In this document: piece by piece, positions 37,355 to 51,989 of the stretch
Layout: every line of letters begins with the position of its first letter
Position numbering within the stretch: position 1 is the stretch's first letter
Assembly (NCBI GenBank): GCA_964016885.1
Contig: OZ024742.1
Location: forward strand, 140,802,001 to 140,866,000
Direction: 5' to 3'
Source: Eledone cirrhosa
Lineage: Eukaryota
Length of the DNA stretch: 64,000 bases
Translations under genes and position numbers: made by a program
Notes under the pieces: model-generated
Told to the model about the DNA's origin: nothing
Seen by the model: the letters and a program-made list of their open reading frames with translations, nothing else
Database searches by the model: none

Positions 37355-38410
37355 TATGAGATGTCATCTGGTGTATCACAGGGATCTGTTCTTGGCCCCT
37401 TTTATTTGTGGCATATATTAATGACATAGATGCCAACTTAAAGAATGCCACAGTACTGAAATATGCAGATGACAGCAAGCTGTACCTTGAGATAAAAAGG
37501 ACAGATCCTGAACACTATAGATCTTTCCTGAAATCTGACCTGGACACAATACAACAATGGATCATGGACTGGCAACTCAAGTTGGCTGTGGACAAGTGTA
37601 CCACCATGCATTTTGGGAGTAAAAACCCAGCGTCCACATACTCCCTCTACAACTTTAATATCAAGAAGTCCTCTTGTAAACATGACCTGGGCATTACTGT
37701 CAGCAGCGATTTGCATTGGACGAAGCACGTCTCTAAAATTGTCAAGAAGGCCGAGGGTGTCTTAGCATCACTCAACAAGACCTTTGTCAGCCGCTCTCCA
37801 ACTATCTATTTAAAGCTATGGTGCGGCCACACTTAGAATTTGCATCACCAGTCTGGAACCCCTATCTTGCTCAGAACATTGACCACCTGGAAACTGTTCA
37901 GAGACGTGCAACCAAGCGAATACCCTCCATCAGGCATCTACCATACTCTGTATGCCTTTCTTCCCTGGGCATGGATACATTGAAGCTCCGACATCTGGCA
38001 TCTGACTTGGTAAACATCCACACAATTATTAACTATCTTGCCAACAACAACCCTGAGCACCTTTTTGATTTCCATGTGTCTAACACACATGGGCATGCCA
38101 ACAAAGTCAGAAAACAGCACATCCCCCATGACTTTCGGAAACATTTTTTCACGCTCAGAGTTGCTGAAGCATGGAACAAATTACCTGCATCAGTTATTAG
38201 CTGTCGAGACACTGCATCCTTTAAAACCTCTATGCTTCCTGAGATTCGCCAACACTACACCTGATATCCCCCCTCCATACACATGCACACATGTATTTCA
38301 TGACTCGTACACTGTTTATTTTCCTGACATTTGTACATTATTCTATGTATATACATGCACCTTTGATGAGTTGTAGTGCACCTGAGCACTGTACACAATT
38401 TTATTATTAT
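37355..38410 (+). mobile_element. 5'-truncated CR1-like LINE (RT C-terminal half and 3' UTR)
   Basis: QGSVLGP..YINDID..YADDSKLY..DLGITVSSDL, then RPHLEFASPVWNPY..LETVQRRATK..FFTLRV..WNKLP, with a frameshift near 37820; ends in (TTA)n. Confidence 0.9.
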
Positions 38411-40639
38411 CATAAACATACTGAATATGGGTTCATACATCACTTTATTCTGAATCACACCGTGTTAGTGCTATCACTAATTAATATAATTTCCTTCAGT
38501 TATCTGTTAGTTACATAACTTATTAAACTATATTTCTCTAGTAAATAAACCTGTGTTAAAGCTGTTAACTTTTTTAAAAAGCTAACATACATTCCAATTT
38601 ACACACACATATCTTGAATGTAAAAATATAACGTAAAGGGAACAGGTATATATAGTATAATCTATCAAAGTGTTTCCTAGAATTCTTTATAAAGATAATC
38701 CATCATGATTGCATCACATTTTCTATAGTAGAATTTGTAGAGCCATTTATGTCAGTTATTGATGCCACTTGGAATCTCTAGAAAGCTTGTTCAGCATGAA
38801 ATGCCACCAACAGTTAATTGTTAGTAACTCTGATTTTGTTCGTTGTTTCATTGATTTTCATATTCACTTCTGGCACTTACTAAATATTTCAGATCTAATA
38901 TTAGGGAAAGTTTATACTTGTACACATGTATTCTCATATGTTACCTTGCATTTACAAGTCAGTAGATATAGCTTGTGCATCTAATTTTTGGCTGGTTTTG
39001 TTCTGAGAATTTACATTAGGAGCTAGCTTGCAAAGGAGGAATTTATTAATCAACACATGAAAACAACTAAGTAGGTCTATTTTGTTAGAAACTTGAAAGA
39101 AAAAAATAACAAAAAATTACTTTTATGTTTCTCTGTGATGTTACTAAGTCTACTATTTCAAATGCTGACATTCTTATTATTCAGAGTCTAAAGAATACTG
39201 ATTTGTTGTTGTTTAAATTGTGCTGACTAGTAATTACAACAGAAATTGTTTTACTTCAAATCTAGTGCATGTCAGTAATATAATCTGCCTTTTTTTAAAA
39301 AGCATTTATCAACTAAATAAACCACAATACAGCTAAAATTTATTCTCAACAAAATAATGAAATCTTCCAATGCATATTATTAGGAAAGATTTTTCAAAAG
39401 TCTTTTTTTTCCCTTAGAAATCATATATTCCTTTCTCTAAAAATTTATCTTAAATCCACAAAACTATTTCACTTCTTTAACTAAGAGTTTTTATCTTTTA
39501 TCCCTAATTTCATCATCATTGTCATTTAACATCTGCTTTCCCTGCTGGCAAGGGTTGGACAGGTTTACATAGACCAAGACAGTACTGAAGTGGGGCTATT
39601 GACCTCCCAGACAGGCTGAGGTGTCTGCATCTCACATACAGTCATACATTTTATTAAGTGCATGGAAGAAGTTGTCTTTTTGACACACACTGAAGAGCTC
39701 TCCCAACCTATTGTTTAGCAAGCTATCTACGGCTGGATGCCGTTCCTAACAGCAACCACTTTACATAAAATTATTTATGGTGAAATATCAATTAAATATA
39801 ACTATATGTATATTGTCTAAAGAAAGTGAAGCAATGAATGTGTTAGGAATTTCATTCTTTATAACAATTGAAATTGCTTCAATTAAATCTCTTATAGTGA
39901 AACATCAACTGAGTATAAGAATATAGCTACAAATGCTGTTTAAAGAAAGTGAGACAATGAGTAAGGAATTTTACTCTTTATACATAATTAAACAAAGATT
40001 TTTACTGAAGTTATAAAGGAAGCAAATGATTGGGTAAAATGAAATCATAGACAAGAAAATGTTGTCAGAAATATATTCAGAAATTTTAGAAAAACATTTG
40101 AACTTCTCAAAGGTAGAAAGTGTAAAATTGTTTTATATATCATTCTTAAAATTATTAAAATTAACTAAATTAAATAAGGACAATCTGTCTAGTGTTAGTT
40201 CCATGATTAGCTGCACTGAGTACGCTCTGTAAAGTGGTTGGCATCTAGCCATAGAAGCAATCCTAAAAAAAGAATTGTACTGACCATGACAGGGTCCCCT
40301 GACCCATTTAAGAAAGAAGCAGCTTTGATTAATTACAGGTTTGGTCTGTAAAGACCCATGTGAACCATGCCAGTATGGAAAAACTTGAGAAAAAGCTAGT
40401 TTAGTGCTTCTCTTCAGATTAAAGTTTGAGTGAGTTTATTTTATTTTAATGTTTCACATATCTTTTTTAATGTTAACATGCTATGGTTGGCTTTGCAAAG
40501 TCAAACATTCCCATAGTTTTGAAGCCAGTGTTTTACAGTTGGATGTCCTTTACAAAGTAAAATATATAAAATAAAGTAAGTCCAATAATGTGCATGTGAT
40601 GAGAATGGTGGTTAATGTTTCAATGTATAACTTCAACAA

Positions 40640-40792
40640 CATCAATAACTAACTACTCTCGTGTTTACTGCCTGTCTAAATATTTTTTCCTGTTTATTCT
40701 CTTTTCTTTCTTCCTATTTCTTCTCCCTCATTCTATCTTTTGATGAAGGACTAACATCCCAAATGGTATGTCTCTTTTCCTACTATCAACTT
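40640..40792 (+). mobile_element. Penelope pLTR-like relic with a decayed hammerhead
   Basis: ATTCTATCTTTTGATGAAGGACTAACATCCCAAATGG...TTCCTACTATC aligns with the reverse complement of 2580-2700. Confidence 0.55.
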
Positions 40793-40859
40793 CTTTATAT
40801 ATATATATATATATATATAATTATATAAGATCAAAAGATGGTTAAAGGAGTTCCATGTA

Positions 40860-40926
40860 TTTTATTATGCGCATTTCAAAAACAAACATCATCATGCAAT
40901 AATATTTGTGTTTTCATCAGATAAAA
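40860..40926 (-). ncRNA. Type I hammerhead ribozyme motif with a complete predicted fold
   Basis: UUUUAU-CUGAUGA-[16-position stem II with one mismatch, GCAU loop]-GAAAUGCGCAUA-AUAAAA: 6-bp stem I, palindromic AUGCGCAU stem III, AUA cleavage triplet. Confidence 0.7.
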
Positions 40927-40992
40927 CAGGAGAACATGATATGAAGGCTAAAAAACACTTGTGGATAGTGCAGTTTTAAATCAACACCTCCT

Positions 40993-41460
40993 ACATATAT
41001 ATAATTATATATATATATATACATATATAATTATATATACATATATAATTATATATATATATATACATATATATATATACATATATATATATACATATAT
41101 ATAAATACATATATATATATACATATATAATTATATATATATACATATATATATATAATTATATATAAATACATATATATATATATATATATAAATACAT
41201 ATATATATATACATATATATATATACATATATATATATATACATATATATATATACATATATATATATACATATATATATATACATATATATATATATAC
41301 ATATATATATATACATATATATATATATACATATATATATATACATATATATATATACATATATATATACACATATATATATATATACATATATATATAT
41401 ACACATATATATATATACACATATATATATACATATATATATACACATATATATACATAC

Positions 41461-41503
<43 letters not shown>

Positions 41504-41574
41504 TATACATACATATATATATACATACATATATATATATATACATATATATATATACACATATATATACATAC

Positions 41575-41669
<95 letters not shown>

Positions 41670-41700
41670 CATATATATATATACACATATATATACATAC

Positions 41701-41747
<47 letters not shown>

Positions 41748-41762
41748 CATATATATATATAC

Positions 41763-41859
<97 letters not shown>

Positions 41860-41870
41860 CATATATATAC

Positions 41871-41955
<85 letters not shown>

Positions 41956-41960
41956 CATAC

Positions 41961-42025
<65 letters not shown>

Positions 42026-42036
42026 CATATATATAC

Positions 42037-42105
<69 letters not shown>

Positions 42106-42130
42106 CATATATATACATATATATATATAT
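40993..42130. repeat. About 1.1-kb complex (TA)n/(TA)nCA satellite
   Basis: Directly visible; source of the YI/IY ORFs. Confidence 0.97.
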
Positions 42131-42135
42131 TTTGG

Positions 42136-43772
42136 ATTTGGGTTTGTACCAGGGAAAGGCACCACTGATGCCCTCTTCCTTGCGAGGCAATTACAGGAAA
42201 AGTACCTAGCTAAAAGTAAGCCACTCTACTTGGCATTTGTCGACCTTGAGAAAGCCTTTGACAGAGTTCCACGTGCAGTAATCTGGTGGGCTCTTAGAAA
42301 ACTAGGAGTAGATGAATGGCTTGTGAAAGCGGTACAAGCCATGTATAGGGGAGCAGTCAGCAAAGTTAGGATTGGCAATGAGTATAGCGAGGAATTTAGC
42401 GTACAGGTTGGGGTCCACCAGGGCTCTGTTCTTAGCCCTCTCCTGTTCATCATAGTCCTGCAGGCAATAACGGAGGAGTTTAAGACCGGATGCCCATGGG
42501 AACTCCTGTATGCTGATGACCTCGCACTCATAGCTGAATCTATGGTAGAACTAGAGAATAAATTCCAAACCTGGAAGCAGGGACTAGAGAGAAAGGGCCT
42601 CAAAGTCAACATGACAAAGACTAAGGTCCTTGTAAGTAGACGAGAAAACAGAACCCAGATCCCCTCAGGGAAATGGCCTTGCTCAGTATGTAGGAAAGGT
42701 GTAGGTAGGAACTCCATTCTCTGCCCCAAATGCAAACAATGGGTACACAAGAGATGTAGCGGGATCTCAGGAAGCTTAATTAAGAATGTAGGATTCACAT
42801 GCAGCAGCTGTGCTGAAACAGCAAGCAAACAGCCACAGGAAACAAGTACCACCAATCTCTGGGAGGGCCCTGTAGAAACAGTAGACAGCTTCTGCTACCT
42901 AGGTGACCGAATTAGCAACGGAGGTGGGTGCTCAGAAAGTACAATAACTAGGGTAAGAACGGGATGGAAGAAGTTTAGGGAACTACTACCACTGCTAGCT
43001 GCAAAAGGCTTCTCCCTCAGAATGAAAGGCAGACTGTATGATGCGTGTATCCGAACAGCGATGTTGCATGGTAGTGAGACCTGGGCGCTGAAGGTGGAAG
43101 ACTTACGTAGATTAGAGAGAAACGAAGCCTGCATGCTCCGATGGATGTGTAACAGTAATATACGTGAACGACAAAGCATAAAGGAATTGAGAGAGAGACT
43201 GAGCATAAGAGGAATCAAATGCTGCGTGCAGGAGAGGCGGTTACGCTGGTATGGACATGTGATGCGTATGAAGGATGACAGCTGCATAAAAAGGTGCAGA
43301 GCACTAGAAGTTGATGGAAACCGCGGAGTGGGGAGACCCAAGATGACTTGGGATGAGGTGATAAAAGCCGACCTTACCCAACTACACCTCTCAAAGTCAA
43401 TGACGCACGACCGTGACTTCTGGCGTCACGCAGTAATACAGGGTACCCGACCTCCCATGGGTACATGCTGAAGCATATAAACAATATGCCCCCCCCCCCC
43501 ACCGCAAGGTGGCCGTGGAGGTGCCACGGCAAAAAAGCACCCAGCCCACACTGTAAAGTGGACGTGTAGGCGCCACGAAAAAGCACCCAGCACTCACTGT
43601 AAATGAGGTTGGTGTTAGGAAGGGCATCCAGCTGTAGAAATCAAGCCAGATCAGTTCCTGTATGAGCAAGGCATGGTCAGCCGACCAGACACTGCCCACA
43701 ACAGGACAACCCGTCTAACCCATGCTAGCGTGGAAGAACGGACGTAAAACGGTGATGATGATGATGATGATG

Positions 43773-43773
<1 letters not shown>
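42136..43773 (+). mobile_element. RTE-clade LINE copy 3 (subfamily b), 5'-truncated within RT, inside a TA satellite
   Basis: Starts at [12 protein letters not shown]; frame is open to the stop at 43471; full 3' UTR and (TGA)n tail. Confidence 0.95.
42137..43471 (+). CDS. Truncated RT-PHD ORF of copy 3, stop-free
   Basis: The 413-aa ORF at 42230 extends in frame to the 5' junction; YADD and C4HC3 motifs are intact. Confidence 0.8.
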   Translation, partial: FGFVPGKGTTDALFLARQLQEKYLAKSKPLYLAFVDLEKAFDRVPRAVIWWALRKLGVDEWLVKAVQAMYRGAVSKVRIGNEYSEEFSVQVGVHQGSVLSPLLFIIVLQAITEEFKTGCPWELLYADDLALIAESMVELENKFQTWKQGLERKGLKVNMTKTKVLVSRRENRTQIPSGKWPCSVCRKGVGRNSILCPKCKQWVHKRCSGISGSLIKNVGFTCSSCAETASKQPQETSTTNLWEGPVETVDSFCYLGDRISNGGGCSESTITRVRTGWKKFRELLPLLAAKGFSLRMKGRLYDACIRTAMLHGSETWALKVEDLRRLERNEACMLRWMCNSNIRERQSIKELRERLSIRGIKCCVQERRLRWYGHVMRMKDDSCIKRCRALEVDGNRGVGRPKMTWDEVIKADLTQLHLSKSMTHDRDFWRHAVIQGTRPPMGTC

Positions 43774-44361
<588 letters not shown>

Positions 44362-45879
44362 ATTCAGTAGTTGAGATTAATAGGAGTAGGTATAATACTC
44401 ATTTGATACCAAGTGCATTAAAGCTCAATGTGTTAATCACTTATGGAAAAATACAGAGCAATACAGTCTAATACTGCTTTTAAGACTTATTTGAAAAAAT
44501 ACATTACACATTCAAATGAATGTGCTATGACATGTTAGCAATCTGTAAGTATAGTATACTTGTATTTGGATCATGAACAGTAATTACAGCATGTGGACTT
44601 ATATCCTCCACACATTATACTACTTTGTTGCTTAAATCACACTACATAATGCTAAACTTTGATGCTCTTCACTGCTTTTAAAACTATCACATTTGCTTTT
44701 AAAACTATCTCTAGTTTTATTTCTGTAATTTGCTTATTATCACATGCATACTTGGTATTTGGGATAATTATTCTCCAAAGTTAAAATATATTTCCTGAAA
44801 TTTTAAAATGTAATTGCCATGATTGTTGATTTAATTAATAATTATTAATTAATTTGCAAATTGTTATTGATGTTTACAATAGCATTTCGATAAATTGAAA
44901 TGAATAAAATGATTTGAACTATAAAATCTTTGGTTATTCACCTAAACTGAATTATATATCAACATCATTTAACATCGATTTTTCATGCTAGCATGGGTTA
45001 TCTCATTAGAGGCATGTCGGCTATGTTTCTACAGCTGTAACCAGGATTTTAAATTTATTCTCATGTTGAATAAATGGTAGTATAATTTATTGAACAGTTT
45101 AAGTCAAATTTTCCATGCTGGCATGGGTTGGATGGATCTCACCACTTGTACTCCTTACTCATACAATGTACACTACAAATGGGAAATTTTATTGCTGTGT
45201 TTCATTTCGTTTTTGCATAGTCTTTATGATTGAGTGCCCCTCCCATCACTAACCACTTCATAGCATGAACTAGATGGATTTTATCACACCACTAGCACTA
45301 GAGAGTTTGCTAGTGACTGGACTAAAGAGTTTCCTCTAAATTCTGTCAATTCTTACTCAGAATTACTATACTCCTAGACAGGTCTATTGTGATGTGGCCC
45401 ATTTCATTTAGACATTCCATTTTGGCATTGTTTACAAAGCTGGGTGTCCTTCCTTTCACCAACTACTTCACCTGAGTGTATTTTATCAAGTGACCAGCAC
45501 TAGAAAGGCTGTCTGAAAAAACTAAAGTGTCATCTCTACCGTGTATCAGTTTTTATTTGGAGTTACTTCCCCTCTAGATGGGTTGGTTGTGGAGTCAATG
45601 TCATTATTTTTCTTTTGCATTGTCAGGTGAAGGATGTTGTTGTAAGAGGTTGTCATAACATAAGGTGTGTGTGTGGCTGGAAGATTGCCACAAGAGGTAG
45701 AGGTTTTGATGTGGAGGTTATGATAAAATATGGAGATTGTCACAAGAGGTTGTAATAAGAGGTGTAAGGATGTAGTGGTGGTAGATATGCCAACTCAAGA
45801 AGAGTGACAGATGTGTTTAATGTAGTACACTATACAATATTGAAAAATTACACAATTTATGGAATAGAGTTCTGTTGGT

Positions 45880-46170
45880 TTCAATAATGAAGGAAATTAA
45901 TGTGCAAGTGGCGGAGCATTCCCTAGACATGTACTTAATGTAATTCTAAGGTAGATTCAGTGACACAATATGTCATAAGGTTGGTGTTTTGAATTACAGG
46001 CAGTCCATCTGATGAGTTTCCAAACAGTTTCTATCTCTACCCAATTTTTCTCATGATGCTTAAGATCATTTGAGATTATGACAAATGACACTTGCTTAAG
46101 ATGCTATACGATAGAATTGAACTTGGATTCTAATGATTGAGAAGTTACCTTCCTAACCATATGACCATGT
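45880..46170 (-). mobile_element. Decayed SINE, family A variant; related copies at 26165-26445 and 30465-30680
   Basis: Shared TTGGTTTCAATAATGA, GTGACACAATATG, TTTGAATTACAGG, GACACTTGCTTAAGATGC. Confidence 0.6.
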
Positions 46171-46707
46171 TGTGTCCACACACAATTTATAATAAACAAT
46201 ATACAACTCTAAAAATCAAATAATTGATTTAGCTTTATATTACTAGCTTGCCTGCAGCTCAGTGCATATCTTTATTGTGCAATTATTGAAAGTTTGCAGA
46301 ATTCAAATTAAACAAATGCTTTTAAAAAATTAACAATAATAAGATATTTTTGTTTGTTATAACAATGTGTGTTGCTTCTTATTTTGTTTTATGTAAGTGA
46401 TATTTATTTTATTTCATTTTAATAATTAAAAGTTTGTTTCGTTAATGAGGGGAGAATATGATGAAATTGAGAATTTTTTTGTTCTTGTTATCATCATCAT
46501 CATCATTGTTTAATGTCTATCTTCCACGCTAACAGTTTTTATTATTAAGAATTATTTTGAAATGTATTTATAAAATTAAACATCAAATATATTATAGAAA
46601 TAACATAACATACAACCATCATCATCATCAACGTCCATTTTCGTAATATGTATGTTAACTAATGTTCTCAAATGTCTGTCTCTATTTTTAATTTACAATA
46701 TATATAT

Positions 46708-47313
46708 CATCATCATCACCGTTTTACGTCGGTTCTTCCACGCTAGCATGGGTTAGACGGGTTGTCCTGTTGTGGGCAGTGTCTGGTTGGCTGACCATGC
46801 CTTGCTCATACAGGAACTGATTTGGCTTGATTTCTACAACTGGATGCCCTTCCTAACACCAACCTCATTTACAGTGAGTGCTGGGTGCTTTTTCGTGGCG
46901 CCTACACGTCCACTTTACAGTGTGGGCTGGGTGCTTTTTTGCCGTGGCACCTCCACGACCACCTTGCAGTGGGGGGTGTGGGGGCATATTGTCTATATGC
47001 TTCAGCTTGTACCCATGGGAGGTCGGGTACTCTGTATTACTGCGTGACGCAAGAGGTCACGGTCGTGTGTCATCGCCTTTGAGAGGTGTAATTGGGTAAG
47101 GTCGGCTTTTATCACCTCATCCCAGGTCATCTTAGGTCTCCCCACTCCGCGGTTTCCATCGACTTCTAGTGCTCTGCACCTTTTTATGCAGCTGTCATCC
47201 TTCATACGCATCACATGTCCATACCAGCGCAACCGCCTCTCCTGCACACAGCATTTGATTCCTCTTATGCTCAGTCTCCCTCTCAATTCATTTATGCTTT
47301 GTCGTTCGCGTAT
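46708..47313 (-). mobile_element. RTE-clade LINE copy 4 (subfamily b), about 600-bp 3' fragment
   Basis: Minus strand RERQSINELRGRLSIRG...[12 protein letters not shown], 3' UTR and (TGA)n; ATATATATAT on both sides. Confidence 0.95.
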
Positions 47314-47879
47314 ATATATAATTAAAAGAATGTTGTTTCTGATCGAGATGAAGCAAGAGTATATTAGAATACATATAAAAATGAGAAAACTCATCGCTAG
47401 AACAACTGTTAAAACAGCTAGATGCTGTCAAAGACAGTGGTGGGCAAAAATACCACAGAGGACAGAGACCAGTGGTCAACAGAAAGACAATCCACAAAAT
47501 GGGTGACAGGCAGATGAAAAGAGTTGTGTCTCAGAGGGGAACTTTCTGCAGGGTGTCTCTATATATATATGTGTGTGTGTGTTATACTAAGGATTCCACC
47601 TGCGCAAGTTTAGCTGACACCATAAGAAGAATTTGGGGAGGTTTTAATGACAGGGGTCCCAGTACTATCATATGACCATATTTTGATGAGAAAGGGGTGG
47701 GATTTGAATTCAGAATGTACAGAGCCAGAACAGATATTGCAAGGTATTCCATCTGACATTCTAATGACCCTGGCATTTGACACTTATAATGATTATAATT
47801 TGTTATCAATCATTTTTGATGAATCAGTCTAGTGCATAAATACATAATACATTTTTTTACTGTTTAGACAGAGAAAGAA

Positions 47880-48110
47880 TGGCAGTACCCATGACCGTTT
47901 TCAGGACCTCCATGACAGGTGAGAAATAAGGAGGAAGGTATCCTCAATGCTTGCAACAGAGTGAACACTGCTAATAATCCTAAGGTGGTGGTGTTAAACT
48001 ATGTAATTGATCATCATTAAATTACTGTATTTATGCATCACCTCATGCCAGAAATGAAGAGAGAACTAAAAACCATAACCCAGTGGCAGCATGGCTATAG
48101 GAACATACTC
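47880..48110 (+). repeat. Dispersed repeat, second copy at about 63215-63370
   Basis: Shared CATGACYGTTT, GGAAG.TATCCTCAA, ATGCTTGCA.CAGAGTGAAC.CTGCTAA, TTAAACT. Confidence 0.55.
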
Positions 48111-48221
48111 TCCTTTAACACTTTTGTTACCATATTTCTAAAGAAAACACTGCCTTTAATTATCAAATAATTTTGAAAAAGAAATTGAATAAGTGGAATA
48201 ATAATAATAATAATTATTATT

Positions 48222-48434
48222 ATTTTTGATTTATGAACAAGGCCAGTAATTTAGGGGAGGGGAAAGTTGATCAAATCGGCCCTAATGCATTACTGATACT
48301 TTATTTTATCGACCACGAAAGGACGAAAGGCAAAGCTAACCTCCGCAATATTTGAATTCAGAACATAAAGGATCGTAATTCTATGCCGCTAAGTATGTTG
48401 TCTGACACTCTACTGATACTGCCAATCCACCACC
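48222..48434 (-). mobile_element. SINE, family B
   Basis: TACTTTATTTTATCGACCACGAAAGGACGAAAGGCAAAG...TACTGCCAATCCACC, with a (TAA/TAT)n tail to the left. Confidence 0.85.
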
Positions 48435-49076
48435 CAATCCAAGAAGTAGAGCCTTAGTCATTGTTTCTTCAAGGTAGATTTTGAATTTAATTCCATTGGA
48501 ACTTCAATTTTGACTTCGTTTTACTTAGCAGTCTTCTTCCCTAAATCAGTCTAAATTTCTTGTAATTTAGTAATTTCATTTCAAGTAAGTTCAATATGAT
48601 TGGTAAATTCATATAACTTGTTTGTTTTTTCTGACCATATATCTGCTGATTTCATTGGCTAAAACCATATTTTGTAAGATTCCATTTGGTTGAATGCTAT
48701 ACCTTTAGATTAATCAAGACGTACATCAATGGTATACTGTACATTAATTTATTAATTCATACATCAGGTTTTTTAAATACTTAATCTTAATATCCTGTAG
48801 GACATGAAACAGCATAACTAAGACATTCTTGAAAAGTTTAAAACAGAACTATGACATTAAACCTTAAAGTGTTTACTGTAATACTGCAAAGGTTCATGAA
48901 GATTTGTCCACTAGTAAAGATACTATAGCCATTAGAATTAACAAAATTGTTTTTAGATATTTTCTGCTAAACAATTTACAGGATGTTAAGTGAAAAGGTA
49001 AATTTAATGTAGATATAACTACTATTTTTTAATTAGAAGCCTTTGCTTCTCCATACACAGAAAAATGCAAGAAATT

Positions 49077-49122
49077 ATCCTTATGCTGCATTTCAGAGAT
49101 TTTTGTGTCTTCATCTGAGAAT
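49077..49122 (-). ncRNA. Decayed hammerhead motif related to 40860-40926
   Basis: AUUCU-CAGAUGA-AGACACAAAAAUCUCU-GAAAUGCAGCAUA-AGGAU: one core substitution, 5-bp stem I. Confidence 0.4.
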
Positions 49123-51989
49123 TACATTAATGATTCTGTATTTGGAGCAATATTACAATGTTATTCATGTCAGATAGCTGAAATGATCAGGCTAATTTTA
49201 TGACCTGCATATATTTGACAATGTAAATAAATAATAAATATTAATGATAGAACATAACATATAATTGATTAATTTAAGATAAATTTAATGCAGTTATGAC
49301 TTCTAATTTTTAAAATAATGGTTGTATCTACATTAAATTTCCATTGAAATCTTCAACTATACACTATGTTTTAGCATAAATATTTATACTTTATATAAAT
49401 ATTAGTCATATCTTATTAAGCAACTTGTGTTTTAGCTTCTCAAGTTTCCATATTATTACAATAGTAATGATTGCAACAATATCAGCTTCTATATCAACAC
49501 ATTTGAAGTAAAGCAGGTTGTTCTTTGTGCATTTTTTTTTGTATCAGTTATCTTAAAAGAAATATGTTATATGTAGTCTCACTAGTAGAAAGTGTATACT
49601 GCGTAATTTAAGTCTATGCTATTCTGGTCTATTAATTTTTAGTCATCTGAATTCTTACTTTATACTGAATCACTGTTGTAGTTAACAATAGCAACAAAAT
49701 TACAGGAAGTGTTTACTCAGTTGGAGATGTAAATGCTAAAAGAATCTTCTTTGAATGCCAACTTTCATACAAAATTAGAATTGTAAGTGAACAGGAAGAG
49801 AGAGTTAATAAATAGTAGAGATAGAGGATAAATGTCCCCTTTTATGAAGTAGATATTTCAACTCACAAAAAGGTTCAGCTTTTGATGAAATAGCATTTAA
49901 AAAATTCCCTTTTCAAGAGAAAATGGATATTTGGGGTCAGAGTGGTGGTGATATGTGCAGATTAGTATAGTTACAATAGCCAATTACCAATATCTTGTTC
50001 AGGGGCTCTGATGATGACTTTATCATATTAAATATCAGATTTTAACTAAAAGCCTAATTTTTCTTTTCAGTAAATAAATGTTTAAACATGCAGCATATTC
50101 AAGATAGGAGCATAGCAGTTTCTATTAAAAGATAGAGTTGGGGAAGTCAAACTTGCAAGTGTACTTTTGGAGAAAGGTCATCATGCTTGTCAATATTTCT
50201 GGAGCAAATTGTTTGTAGGTTTTTTTTTTTTTTTTTTTTTAATACTGTTTAATCAGAGAAGGAAGAGCAGTGCCTATTACACTTTTCAGGGGCTAAATGG
50301 CAGTTAGCAGAGAGGGAGAAAGATATTTTCAAACCAGAGACCTAATCCGAATGTCAGTAACAGAATGAACTTTGTTAAATTCATACATGGGTTCTGTTAA
50401 ACAGGGCAACATGTTAAAGTTGATTGAGTGAAGAATATAAACCTTAATGCAGGCAAAATATTAGTTTAACGGAAGGGAGTGGGAGAAGAAAAAAGAGGAG
50501 AAATATAAAGGAATAGAGATAGTTATCAGATTTGGTTGATAGTGATGAAACTATTATTATGACTGCCAATAGTTATATATTCACCTGTCTTATGGGGAAT
50601 AATATCAAGAGTTTTGTTAATTACTGAAGAAATAAACTGCTGCTATAGTAAAAAATAAATTGATACTAAATAAAATAAACTAGAAGGAAATTTAGAATGC
50701 ATTCATTTGGCAACACCATAAATTTATACCTTCAATAAAGCAACCCTAGACAGAAAATTAAAACATTTACAAATTTCAGCTTATCATTTAACAAATGCCA
50801 ATTTTTCCCCACCATTTTAAACATATTTTTATAACCCACATTTGGTTGTTTAATTATTCCAAGGTTAAATTTATCCAATTGATACTTTAATAAATATCTA
50901 AATGAGTACTATAATTTTATTCAGACACATTCTTTGATCTTTATCTGAGTTTAGTGGTACATTTTAGTTATGTATGCCTATGAAAACCTTTATTTATTTA
51001 TTTATTTATTTATTATTTTTTTTTTCATAAAATCATCTCTCAATAAGATATTATCAGTGATACCATATTTCCTACTTTCTCATCATTATTGTTATATGTG
51101 CAATAAAACTCCAAATAGCCTGGATATTTCCTCTGTACATATATGTAGAAATGAGCCGAAGAATATGTATAATTTCATTACTTTTCCTTTTTATATATAC
51201 TGAAAAAAGTTAAAAGGAAAAAAAAAACAATTTTTTTTCTTTTCAGTTCATCTATGTACAAAACGCACACATATTCATGTATGTATGCATACACACTCAC
51301 ACATATTCATGTATATATATGAGAGACAGGCAGTTTGTTTTAGTAATGTAAAACACCAGTTGATAACTATAAAAACTGGCTGCTCTAATGCTCAAATAAT
51401 GCATTGCAATATTGCAATATTGGTAAATTGCTTGTAAGATATTTTATACAGGAATTGTATTACAACATTGCAGAATAAATTTCAATATGTAATATATTGA
51501 CTTAAAGAAAATAAGTAGTTATGTTTAATCAGATATATTAAATGCATTGAAGATATGGCTAATAAAAAAAAAAAAAGAATTACGATTCATTCATGTTAAG
51601 TAATGGCAGTCAGTTTGTAGCATATATTTTTCTAAATTTGCTTCACCAGTCCTAGCTGCGTGAATTCTCTGGATGTTTTTAAGAATAACATGTAGCTTCC
51701 ATGCATGGAGTTTTGCATATGCACACTCCAGTTGTAGGGGTACAGTAATGAAACCATGTGGTCCAGGGCTAAAAGTTAATTGTGTTCCCACACAACATCA
51801 TTTGTACCACTAACCAACTCATAATGTGAGCTATATGGATATATGGATTTGTATTTACAAAATACCAGTTCTGTAAAATCATGGAGCGAATGGCAAACGG
51901 CAATCTATTTGTTTGGTTCATTAAATTAATAAAAATTTATATAAAAATATACATATTTGACTTATGAAAAATATATTAAGTAAAATCTA

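Noticed and set aside
41049-42190. Three ORFs of 343-347 aa rich in Y/I, plus similar ORFs at 43715-44471, 61461-61839 and 12247-13352
   Set aside because: Translations of TA/TAC microsatellites that lack stop codons by composition.
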